Assembly (NCBI GenBank): GCA_051546255.1
Contig: CP128818.1
Span: forward strand, 682,001-746,000
From: Meyerozyma guilliermondii
Lineage: Eukaryota
DNA length: 64,000 nucleotides
Direction: 5' to 3'
Positions 35,301 to 43,082 of this stretch are shown here, in pieces. The notes below the pieces were generated by a model. That model searched no databases. It worked only from the letters and a program-made list of their open reading frames with translations, and was not told the DNA's origin. The stretch's first letter is position 1. Every line of letters begins with the position of its first letter. The position numbers and the translations under genes were made by a program.

Positions 35301-35602
35301 TCTTTTGATTTCTGTTGCGTTTCTGGTTCATCATCCTTAGCGGCTTCTTTCGATTCCTGGCGAGATAATTCATAAGCTTTTGTAAAATTGGCACGCACAG
35401 TAGTCTCTAGGTCGCCATTATAGGCCGCTGTTGTCGGTAATGAGTCCAAATCAAGGCCATCTTTGATTGATATCGAGTTGAAGAAATTGGAAAATTGAGA
35501 TTCTGGGTCTATAATCGTAGTTAAAAGTGGATCAGATGTGATTTGTATTAGCTCCGATACCTTATTCTTCCATTCCGACTCCAAACACTCCTGATCGGAC
35601 AT
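32336..35602 (-). CDS. EAF1: NuA4 scaffold Eaf1 (HSA + SANT, Gln-rich tail)
   Basis: ELYYLTQTLPL, EGKIAVLYSRIEELKRQGKWSLRQP, HWD..EGKWMATDF, IERRTPWQCFERY, TKRRISPLGVG. Confidence 0.93.
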   Translation of the reverse strand: MSDQECLESEWKNKVSELIQITSDPLLTTIIDPESQFSNFFNSISIKDGLDLDSLPTTAAYNGDLETTVRANFTKAYELSRQESKEAAKDDEPETQQKSKESEKTEPSTTDKEETHRDPEVQSNRDSSQNAKPEPIVLSESNKRKFSELEEVHHKINIPDEEVYVKKEALGVVVPHAQPPNESLADLDIIIAPEHYPTHPHAVSSLSELYYLTQTLPLIKLLPGSHKALFTENFELALLEGKIAVLYSRIEELKRQGKWSLRQPRKFDDPFKKDVRPHWDTLIMEGKWMATDFREGTKFKKASCVMIAQAIKDYWTYGKDVCIQPKPIRHLDDDAEMPEAVSELEAAAPEEAPVQEIVEQLPLPAPTGGKDAVSLPSEVANQEVNIKEESVSVNLPGNETEQAVSATGIVLDETPANNEGGEMNTETATLDPQALNGGTSEPIVVEEPQGPLFIPQKHGDAISSGYPFRLNMDFSEVPRLEQSIFTHLPKFNGFDNDEIQHPKPPLTTRDSPMVPISRLIHPFEEDNMWYKLVVKESTKRTKNTGPPEYQRGLFSINAHRRFNFLKPPKPPLIKNIEYRLPTIWLPEDDKHLIHYVAEFCFNWEVISEHLLSPSATLKRYESNIERRTPWQCFERYIQLNEKFQFSDMKGMYAHHAQKWLEHAHGAQLTTKRRISPLGVGNESIQRGHRRLRWASMFDAMRKSMRKREIALAKLNKKRNEVNSATPTATPTGTPTQKRPTDRIPTPLELSKLKFERDKSIHEAYVNQQATRSRMMAAVAQQKRQGGATNAGEADPQVQAQAQGNQLGPRQAQLGQANPLPQGQIRQPPPGANAMQLQTSPQAPGQNPVQGQRPQVPAQQRGMPMKRPTSPNGTPYTTEQIQQILLKRRQNQAGQLGQGMNPGNQGPTQQLNQMSQALNSGNSPQMNRSVNLAGGQGPSSSSPPMVPGTQAKSPQMGQVASPNLRYNQVQPSNNNSKSRIHFAPAQVSAIINSIQNKNPNLTKEQVTKLAATYLANIQQQQQSRINQQQQQQQQQPQQQQQPQSQVQLRKQQPQVANLTPQERSQLQMLKNRKPSPSQPEHPDLKSGEE
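32483..32554 (-). repeat. CAA/CAG poly-glutamine microsatellite in EAF1
   Basis: (TTG)8 at 32501-32524 on the + strand, within QQQQQSRINQQQQQQQQQPQQQQQ. Confidence 0.85.
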
Positions 35603-35716
35603 CTTGGAGGTGGATAACTGTGGTATGTTGTGTATATTTCAAATACTTTCAAAGTGTGTGCGCGTGATAGACGAGTGATTATCACGTGGTCTTGCCTAAA
35701 GAGGAAGCAAAAAATA

Positions 35717-35806
35717 TGCGAATTCTGTGGATCGAACACAGGACCTCCAGATTTCTTGACTGAAGTCGACTTCAGTCTGGCGCTCTCCCAACTGAGCTAA
35801 ATCCGC
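35717..35806 (-). tRNA. tRNA-Phe(GAA) with a 17-nt intron (35753-35769)
   Basis: Reverse complement reads GCGGATTTAGCTCAGTTGGGAGAGCGCCAGACTGAAG[TCGACTTCAGTCAAGAA]ATCTGGAGGTCCTGTGTTCGATCCACAGAATTCGCA, with a T6 terminator at 35709-35714. Confidence 0.97.
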
Positions 35807-36188
35807 GAATTATAAAGGGGAAGGAAAGTGAGAAAACATGAGCAGACCTGAGGGAGAAAGGGGAAGTAAATAGAATTTCAGAGAATAAATGGAACCAAAA
35901 TTTGCCTGTTAGATACGGTTCAAGTAGCAAGCTAACAATATTTTGTTTCTACTGTGGTTAATAAATTTGACACTTGTGCAAAACTTCAAAATTTTGCAAC
36001 ATTGTAAAAATTGAAAATACGTCTATAACCTTAAATTTCATAACTGTGAATTCATTCAGTCTAAATTGATCCTCATCTCGTCTTAGTTTTATATTCAATT
36101 TTTATTTCCCTTTCTTTATACTTTCTCCTAAATATCCTAAGCAGACCGCGCACCGAATTTCTTCTCGACTGAATCGCAGAAAACAATC

Positions 36189-36823
36189 ATGGACGTAGTA
36201 GGAGGTCAGGACCTCAATGGTGCCTTCAAAGTTATCAATCTTGCCGTGGCAGTCTTGGCGGTACGTATAAAGACTCAAAAGATTATAAATCTCAACTAAC
36301 ACAGGTTTTATCAGGATTCTCACAATTGTTCAGTGGTTTGTACGTATAATCATGACACTAAAATCCACCGAAAACTAACCCAGTCAATCAGTAAGTATCG
36401 AAAACCAACAAGCACAAACCATTATCTAACCCAGTTTATCCTAGGTCTTTACATCGTTGTATTTGGTGGAGTTGTAGGACTTCTCGGTACGTATCAGCTC
36501 CATTGCTTCAACAGATTTTGGTTGTATTAACACAGAATTTAGAGTTCCTCCTGAGGCACAAACGTACGCCTCGTTTCTCTTTTCCTTCATAGGAAGAGGT
36601 ATCTGTAAGTATGAATTTGTGGAATTTTTCAGTTGAAGCTAATATAGTTTATACCCTTATCGGAGCCATTATCAATGGAGCCAGCGTGTTTCGGGTCATT
36701 GCAGGAATCTTGATCTTCATGGTTGGTTTGGCTTACATTGCACTCGAAATGGTTCCAAGTGTCTCGCCTCCTGATAACATGAACCTCGATGGTGTCGCCA
36801 TTGCTGGAGAGGATGTTATTTGA
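36189..36823 (+). CDS. TVP15: Golgi COPI-associated membrane protein Tvp15, six exons: 36189-36260, 36305-36339, 36384-36390, 36435-36486, 36536-36604, 36648-36823 (136 aa)
   Basis: All five introns have GTACGT/GTAAGT donors and CTAAC-like branch points followed by NNAG. The spliced CDS is 411 nt and in frame: MDVVGGQDLNGAFKVINLAVAVLAVLSGFSQLFSGFQSFILGLYIVVFGGVVGLLEFRVPPEAQTYASFLFSFIGRGIFYTLIG...SPPDNM. YASFLFSFIGRG is the family motif. Confidence 0.88.
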
Positions 36824-37283
36824 GAGACTAGCAAACTGGTAGCCAGTATCCAGGCCAGTACACGGTATGTAGTAAATATCAATTGACGAGGTTATACAAT
36901 GTAGTGTTAGATGCGAACGTGAAATGTGGGGTAACGATGAGAAGAAAAGAATGCAATGAAGTCAAGCTCATAATTGCTCAATGCCTTCCACGCTCGCCCC
37001 CGATTGCCAATTGCTCAATTGCTGAAGGCTACCTCTTCATGAAAGCTTTACTGGCGTTCATCACTGTACTGTTCTGCTCCCGATCTCCAGATTTATCCAC
37101 ATTTCTCTAGATCCTTCAATTATCATCTCCTCCAATTCATTACTATCTTTTTGACTAGCATCTACCACTCAATTGACCAGAATACTTTTGTTCCTCCCCA
37201 ATAATTATATGCCTTCTATTTTCTATCCTGGCATATTATGTCAGTTTCTCATCTCATCTTTTCGCAGCCGCGACAGTTTGCGC

Positions 37284-40124
37284 ATGCAATCTAATGATAA
37301 GCTCCATATCCCGTCCGGGTCGTTCACAGCTTACCGACTAACGTACTGCAGTCCACAGGAACTCTCCCAGCTGGCGCGGACAGTTTTCTTGGGCCATATC
37401 CCGAATATTTGGGCCGATGAGAAAAGTAAAAACATCTTTGCTCGAGCAACACATCGATCCAAACAATCGGTCCAGCACAGTTTTCGAGGCGTGGTGGGTG
37501 TTATACACAAGAGCGTTGCTGCTGGAACTTCCAAGTTTCGTCAGGAAAGATCTCCGTTGTTTTTGGGGCATGGAAAGTTGGATCCAGAAACTGTGCTCCA
37601 TGAGCTAGAGGCTCCACAACATGAAACATCGACTTCTTCAGCTTCCTCAACTAGCCTGGCTTCGGATACCACACCACATATGTTCTCTGAATCGTTATCG
37701 ATCACCCCAAATGATACGGGCCTAAAAAGTGTGCTGCCATATGCTGACTCTCCAACGGTGTATCGTCCTCATTCCCAAGATTTGTCTTTAGTCACCACTC
37801 CCGAGACACTTTCGCCCCCCAAAACGGGAAGGAAACGTATAAGCATAGCAGAACCTACACCAGCAGAGCTCGATAGGTCGGAGTTCTTGCGAGTAGCTGA
37901 ACAGCACAAAAAATTCAAAGAAAAATTGAAACGGTTTGCACTGGTTTCCAAAGGTCACGCCAAAAGAACAGGCTCAGATTTAAGACTGGTGGTTCAAAGA
38001 CGTCTTTTGACCAAATTCTCAGCAGGTCAAGTAGTTCGTGTGGATAAAATGTTGGTGCTTATCAAGGTTCCACACACAAAGTTGGAAACTAGTCTGTTCA
38101 CAGAAAACGAGCCTTGCGACACCAGGGTGGTGGGAAGATGGAAAGAGTATCATGTAGCTCTACGCCGTACCGACGATAACCTGAATCCGCTCATGTTGCA
38201 ATTATATGACCTTCCCTTGTTCGACGAAACCACAACCAAGTCCAAGCCCGATACTTCGATTCCTCTCTCATCTTCCGTCACGGCGCAATTCTACAGTCGC
38301 CTAGACAAAACCATCAGTCTCTGGGTTGGCGGTGAAAAACCCTTGGTTTGTGTTCTTGCATGCAAAGACCATGTCACTGCCGTGGGCTGGCTCTATTTTA
38401 TAGGCCAGTTTATCAACCAATCATCGGACCCAACTTTCCAGATATCAATACCAGACTTGGAAATTTCGTTGCTGGTTCATATTTCCGAAGTAGCATTATT
38501 GAAAATGGCTACGAAACATGAAGAACTCGAGGTGGAAGAGAGAGAATATGGCTACAAGGTGCAAAAAAACCCACTTTTTTCCTACCTAGATAATGCTATC
38601 CATTCTTGTCTAGTGGACAATCCCAAACTTTCCTTCCAATTCAAACAGTGGCAGGTCCACAACCCGAATCCTTGGTTTGTCCACAAATACTATGACCGAT
38701 TGGAATGGGCTCCCGATAATAGTGGTTTATTGGCGATGCAACATCAACTTCTTCGCAAATGGTACACCTTGGAATATCGCCAGGCTGCACATTTGTCCAG
38801 TAAATGCACTTTCACAAAGTCAGGCGACGTTCTAGAGGAACCAGATCCCATCGAAGGGTTTCTATCTCGTCTTTCAAGCATTTCTGGCCATAGCTTTTCC
38901 CTCTACAGAACGTTTTACAAAACTCTGTACTTTTATTCTCATCGAGGTCTACTTTTCTACACAAAATATTATCGTGGAATACCACCATCAGTGAGCAATC
39001 CGATCATTCACGAGAGAAACGAAACCACGGTTGCAACCGAATATAACCCTTACCCGCTTGATGAAAATGACCATATTGTTTGGCTTAGGGAAAACTTTAC
39101 AGAATGTGACGGTATGGCTCAGCAAGAATTTGAGCGCAAAACACTTCAAATAATCAAAGCCGAGGGAGTTATAGACATGTCCAGAGCCAAATCCATTCAA
39201 CCTCTTGCAATTGAGGACGTTCGGCTGACCCACAAAGTGTTATTAGCGACATTGTGGTACTCCAATCCATCGTTGGCTACAACAAAGGAAATTGTCGATT
39301 CCAGCTTCACAATTGAAATGGATAGCGGAGAGATTATCAGGCTTCAAGCACCCAACCGGGACTCGCGAGACGAGTGGGTTGATCGTTTGAGAGCACTCAG
39401 AGAGTACTGGGTAGCCAAGGGTAGTGAGATTTTGAGCAGGATAAAAACGACCAGCGTGAAAAATCGAACTTCACGAAAAATCACCGAGTATATTGATTCC
39501 AATGCTACAGAAGAAATGGAACACGTTGAGGTCCAGCACTCGTTTGCTGATCCCCAGATCCACAATATTGAGCCATTGGCCATGAAGCATTGCGTCTCCA
39601 TGTATGGACACTTGTTTCTGAAAACAAAAATGCACTCAAACTTCCGTCCGTATTTTGTGGTGCTTTCTCCAGGGTTTCTAATGATTTACAAGACATACCG
39701 CAGGTCCAAGTTGACGGGTGCAAGTAAGAAAAGTGGCTATTTCCGCCATTTTATAACGCTTCCAATTTCAGAATGCTATCTTTATTCAGGCATAAGTTGT
39801 TCACACGATTTGCTCGATAGGCAAAACGCAGTCGATGTGGTGAACCCAGGCACCCACTCGTTACCTAGAGTATACCCAGACGGATGGAAGTCTTCAGAGG
39901 AGGAATCTTTACGGTGTTTTACGTTGACTGTTGGTGAGAAGCGGGCTATTCTGAAGCACCGAATGAAGAAAACCGATGCCAATTTGAACAATCCAGGAAT
40001 GATCAAGTTGGCTAGTAAGCTCGGTATCACTGGTCGGAGCATGGTATTTATGGCTCGGTCACGGCAAGAAAGAGAGATATGGGTTCAAAGAATCTTTTGC
40101 GAAATCGACCGGTTTGCATTATAA
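37284..40124 (+). CDS. SPO71: sporulation PH-domain protein Spo71/Mug56
   Basis: N-terminal IP..SFTAYRLTY.SP..LS...VFLG.IP..W; PH domains (WKEYHVALR, IEGFLSRL, SRDEWV), LPRVYPDGW and FMARSRQEREIWV. Start is uncertain (37284 preferred; 37209 possible). Adjacent to STE5 as in S. cerevisiae. Confidence 0.82.
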   Translation: MQSNDKLHIPSGSFTAYRLTYCSPQELSQLARTVFLGHIPNIWADEKSKNIFARATHRSKQSVQHSFRGVVGVIHKSVAAGTSKFRQERSPLFLGHGKLDPETVLHELEAPQHETSTSSASSTSLASDTTPHMFSESLSITPNDTGLKSVLPYADSPTVYRPHSQDLSLVTTPETLSPPKTGRKRISIAEPTPAELDRSEFLRVAEQHKKFKEKLKRFALVSKGHAKRTGSDLRLVVQRRLLTKFSAGQVVRVDKMLVLIKVPHTKLETSLFTENEPCDTRVVGRWKEYHVALRRTDDNLNPLMLQLYDLPLFDETTTKSKPDTSIPLSSSVTAQFYSRLDKTISLWVGGEKPLVCVLACKDHVTAVGWLYFIGQFINQSSDPTFQISIPDLEISLLVHISEVALLKMATKHEELEVEEREYGYKVQKNPLFSYLDNAIHSCLVDNPKLSFQFKQWQVHNPNPWFVHKYYDRLEWAPDNSGLLAMQHQLLRKWYTLEYRQAAHLSSKCTFTKSGDVLEEPDPIEGFLSRLSSISGHSFSLYRTFYKTLYFYSHRGLLFYTKYYRGIPPSVSNPIIHERNETTVATEYNPYPLDENDHIVWLRENFTECDGMAQQEFERKTLQIIKAEGVIDMSRAKSIQPLAIEDVRLTHKVLLATLWYSNPSLATTKEIVDSSFTIEMDSGEIIRLQAPNRDSRDEWVDRLRALREYWVAKGSEILSRIKTTSVKNRTSRKITEYIDSNATEEMEHVEVQHSFADPQIHNIEPLAMKHCVSMYGHLFLKTKMHSNFRPYFVVLSPGFLMIYKTYRRSKLTGASKKSGYFRHFITLPISECYLYSGISCSHDLLDRQNAVDVVNPGTHSLPRVYPDGWKSSEEESLRCFTLTVGEKRAILKHRMKKTDANLNNPGMIKLASKLGITGRSMVFMARSRQEREIWVQRIFCEIDRFAL

Positions 40125-40127
40125 CAT

Positions 40128-41573
40128 TTATTGGTTCGAAACATATTTGAAAGAAGTGAATTCCTCGAATGTGTTCTTCAGCATTGTCATTTCCCTTAAC
40201 ATCAAGTCTAGTAGCTCTGTGTCTTTCGAAACGGCGTCTTGTAGTCGTGAACACAGCGATTTTCCAGCTTTGAATTTGTTGATCAACTCTTGATCGGAAT
40301 CAACGTCGCTATCGCTTTCATCTTCACTCAAAGCACTGATATTTGTGAACACCGATTCCGCCTTGGCAGAGTCGTCGAGATTGACCGTTGACGGAGAGGA
40401 AACTGGAGTTTGTGTTTGGGTCTGATACTCGGGAAGAACAAATGTTGAAGTGAGAAATTGTGATGGAAAAGTAGCGGTAGGGTCAGAAGTTGCAACTATC
40501 CATTTTTCCACCACCCCAGGATCCTCCGACTGGATCCATATTGTGGGAGAGTCATATATGGAAATTGCAAAAGTGGATTCGTCTGTGGTGGAAACCTCAG
40601 CACCATTATCGATCGGCAAGTGCCAGCAGTCTGTGCCGTCTATTTCGCACACAAGAAGGTAGTTGGTGAACAAGTAGCACGACTTCAAAGCAAAATCACC
40701 ACACTTTGAAACTAGCAAGTTGTCGACGAGACGGAGAGTTCCCAATTTGCAGAGAGTTGCGAAAGAAAGCTGCGACGATGTGAGAAGATGCTCGATATAT
40801 TTGTGTCGAAGCTCATCGAGATCCTGCAGCATATATTCGGGGATTTGAAGAGATAGTGTGTTTGTGGTTGCGACAGTAGGACTTGGAGACGGCGACCTGG
40901 AGCGATGAGAGATTCTGGAAGTGAGTTCAAAAAGACGGTCGAATTCTTGGATTTGAGGACTGGGTACTCGTTCGATGGGAATAGTTGAAGGTGTGTTACT
41001 GACCGGAATGGGTGTATTACTGGTTGTGGTGTTACTGGTTTGGACGGCTGGGGCTTTTGGCTTGAGGGTGGTTCCCAAAATCGACAAGTTCTTGGAGTCT
41101 TTTTCGATGGCTTGAGCATTGGTGAAAATTCGAAACGTCAAACCGGGAGATTCTGCTTGGATTCGAACACCACCTAAATCACATCTGGGACCCTTGCAAC
41201 AAGGCATATTGTCTAAAAGTGCTTGGTACGACTCAATGGATTCTGCCATACATTCCACCACCACCTTGTAACATTCATAGTGGACATGATCGGAGCAAGT
41301 TAACCTCAATTTTTTCTGAGCACTTTCTGCCACTCCAAATCGTTCTTCACATATGGCACAATGACCTCCAGCTTGACGTCGGCGTTCTTGTTGCGATGCC
41401 GCAAAGATATACGGTTTGATGTATGGTCCCAGCGTGTGCTGCAGGTTTCCCGAAACGGCCAGTTTGCAGCCATTTTCTCCACCACCAAATGATGCGCGAG
41501 ATTGGTGCTGGCCCTTGAATAGAAACAGCGACTTTCTGTCATGAATATAAAAGATCCCCTTGCGATTTACCAT
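40128..41573 (-). CDS. STE5: pheromone MAPK scaffold Ste5/Cst5-like (RING-H2 + PH-like)
   Basis: CAICEE...LTCSDHVHYEC...C..C RING, then LGTLRLVDNLLVS..CYLFTNYL PH-like region. Convergent with SPO71, matching STE5-SPO71 synteny. Confidence 0.72.
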   Translation of the reverse strand: MVNRKGIFYIHDRKSLFLFKGQHQSRASFGGGENGCKLAVSGNLQHTLGPYIKPYIFAASQQERRRQAGGHCAICEERFGVAESAQKKLRLTCSDHVHYECYKVVVECMAESIESYQALLDNMPCCKGPRCDLGGVRIQAESPGLTFRIFTNAQAIEKDSKNLSILGTTLKPKAPAVQTSNTTTSNTPIPVSNTPSTIPIERVPSPQIQEFDRLFELTSRISHRSRSPSPSPTVATTNTLSLQIPEYMLQDLDELRHKYIEHLLTSSQLSFATLCKLGTLRLVDNLLVSKCGDFALKSCYLFTNYLLVCEIDGTDCWHLPIDNGAEVSTTDESTFAISIYDSPTIWIQSEDPGVVEKWIVATSDPTATFPSQFLTSTFVLPEYQTQTQTPVSSPSTVNLDDSAKAESVFTNISALSEDESDSDVDSDQELINKFKAGKSLCSRLQDAVSKDTELLDLMLREMTMLKNTFEEFTSFKYVSNQ

Positions 41574-41779
41574 TTAGTTGGCGGTTTCCGGTGGAATCTG
41601 ATACTTATACGAGAAATGTGGTGCAAAGCGTGCGGCGCGAGCGATCCAAGGCATCCACAAATTAGACAGCTTAAGTACAGGACACACAGGCTTATCTACA
41701 GGATATCTGGTGCAGTACCGGACTTGTTTCTCCGGTCGCACTCGGCCGTCTTCAGCCCGCGTTCCTTCTCATCTTCATC

Positions 41780-42970
41780 ATGTTTAGAGCATCTAGAAAT
41801 GCCCACAAGGCGGTATTTGGCGCTGCCCGCAGGGGTATGGCGACCGGTCTGAGTGACCTCGTCTCGATTCAGTTGCCTGCTTCTTCGTTTGAAGGTTATG
41901 AATTGGATGTTCCTCTGTTGGAGTTCGAAACCGAAAAGGAAACTTTGCTTCAAATGTACAAAGATATGGTAGTTATTAGAAGAATGGAGATGGCTGCCGA
42001 TGCGCTTTACAAGGCCAAGAAAATCAGAGGTTTCTGCCATCTTTCTGTTGGTCAGGAGGCAATTGCTGTTGGTATTGAGAATGCCATCACCAAGCAAGAT
42101 TCGGTTATCACTTCTTACCGTTGTCATGGATTCGCCTATGTTAGAGGAGCTTCTGTCAAGGCTGTTTTGGGTGAGTTGATGGGTAAACGTAGCGGTGTCT
42201 CGTACGGAAAGGGTGGTTCTATGCACATGTTCGCTCCAGGATTCTACGGAGGAAACGGAATTGTTGGTGCTCAAGTCCCATTGGGAGCCGGATTGGCTTT
42301 CGCTCACAAGTACCGTGGCGAGAAGAATGCTACTTTTGACTTGTATGGAGATGGAGCTGCTAACCAAGGTCAAGTGTTCGAGGCATACAACATGGCCAAG
42401 TTGTGGGATTTGCCTTGTATCTTTGCTTGTGAGAACAACAAGTACGGTATGGGTACGTCTGCATCCAGATCCTCCGCATTAACTGACTACTATAAGCGTG
42501 GACAATATATTCCTGGTCTTAAGGTCAACGGTATGGATGTGTTGGCTTGTTACCAAGCTTCTAAATTCGCCAAGGACTGGGCCGTCTCTGGAAACGGTCC
42601 TTTGGTGTTGGAGTACGAGACCTACAGATACGGTGGTCACTCGATGTCTGACCCTGGTACCACCTACAGAACCAGAGAGGAGGTGCAACACATGAGATCG
42701 AGAAACGACCCAATTGCCGGCTTGAAGGCCACGTTATTGGACCTCAATGTCGCTTCCGAGGACGAGATCAAGGCGTGGGACAAGGATGCCAGAAAATACG
42801 TCGATGAACAGGTTGCTGAGGCTGAAAATGACGCTCCTCCAGAGGCCAAGATGAGCATTTTGTTCGAGGACATCTACGTTCCTGGCTCTGAGGTCAAGGA
42901 GTTGAGAGGAAGAATTTCCGACGACACCTGGAACTTTGAGAAGAACGACTTTTCCAACAGGGTTTACTAA
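41780..42970 (+). CDS. PDA1: pyruvate dehydrogenase E1 alpha (mitochondrial)
   Basis: Presequence, IRGFCHL, GKGGSMH, YGDGAANQGQ, TYRYGGHSMSDPG. Confidence 0.98.
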   Translation: MFRASRNAHKAVFGAARRGMATGLSDLVSIQLPASSFEGYELDVPLLEFETEKETLLQMYKDMVVIRRMEMAADALYKAKKIRGFCHLSVGQEAIAVGIENAITKQDSVITSYRCHGFAYVRGASVKAVLGELMGKRSGVSYGKGGSMHMFAPGFYGGNGIVGAQVPLGAGLAFAHKYRGEKNATFDLYGDGAANQGQVFEAYNMAKLWDLPCIFACENNKYGMGTSASRSSALTDYYKRGQYIPGLKVNGMDVLACYQASKFAKDWAVSGNGPLVLEYETYRYGGHSMSDPGTTYRTREEVQHMRSRNDPIAGLKATLLDLNVASEDEIKAWDKDARKYVDEQVAEAENDAPPEAKMSILFEDIYVPGSEVKELRGRISDDTWNFEKNDFSNRVY

Positions 42971-43082
42971 TCCACATAATAGATTTGATTAAACAGCCCG
43001 TAGATACAGCGTAGACACCCGCGCAAAAAAACCCGCACACCCACAATAACGATGACTTCTCATCTCATCACACTACAGATTC

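Noticed and set aside
30581..35806. SEN15 near an intron-containing tRNA
   Set aside because: They are 4.8 kb and two genes apart, and tRNA genes are common. Coincidence.
35807..36188. Possible solo LTR upstream of tRNA-Phe (TGTTAG...CTAACA at ~35907-35937)
   Set aside because: The inverted ends are only ~31 bp apart, with no target-site duplication and no second copy.
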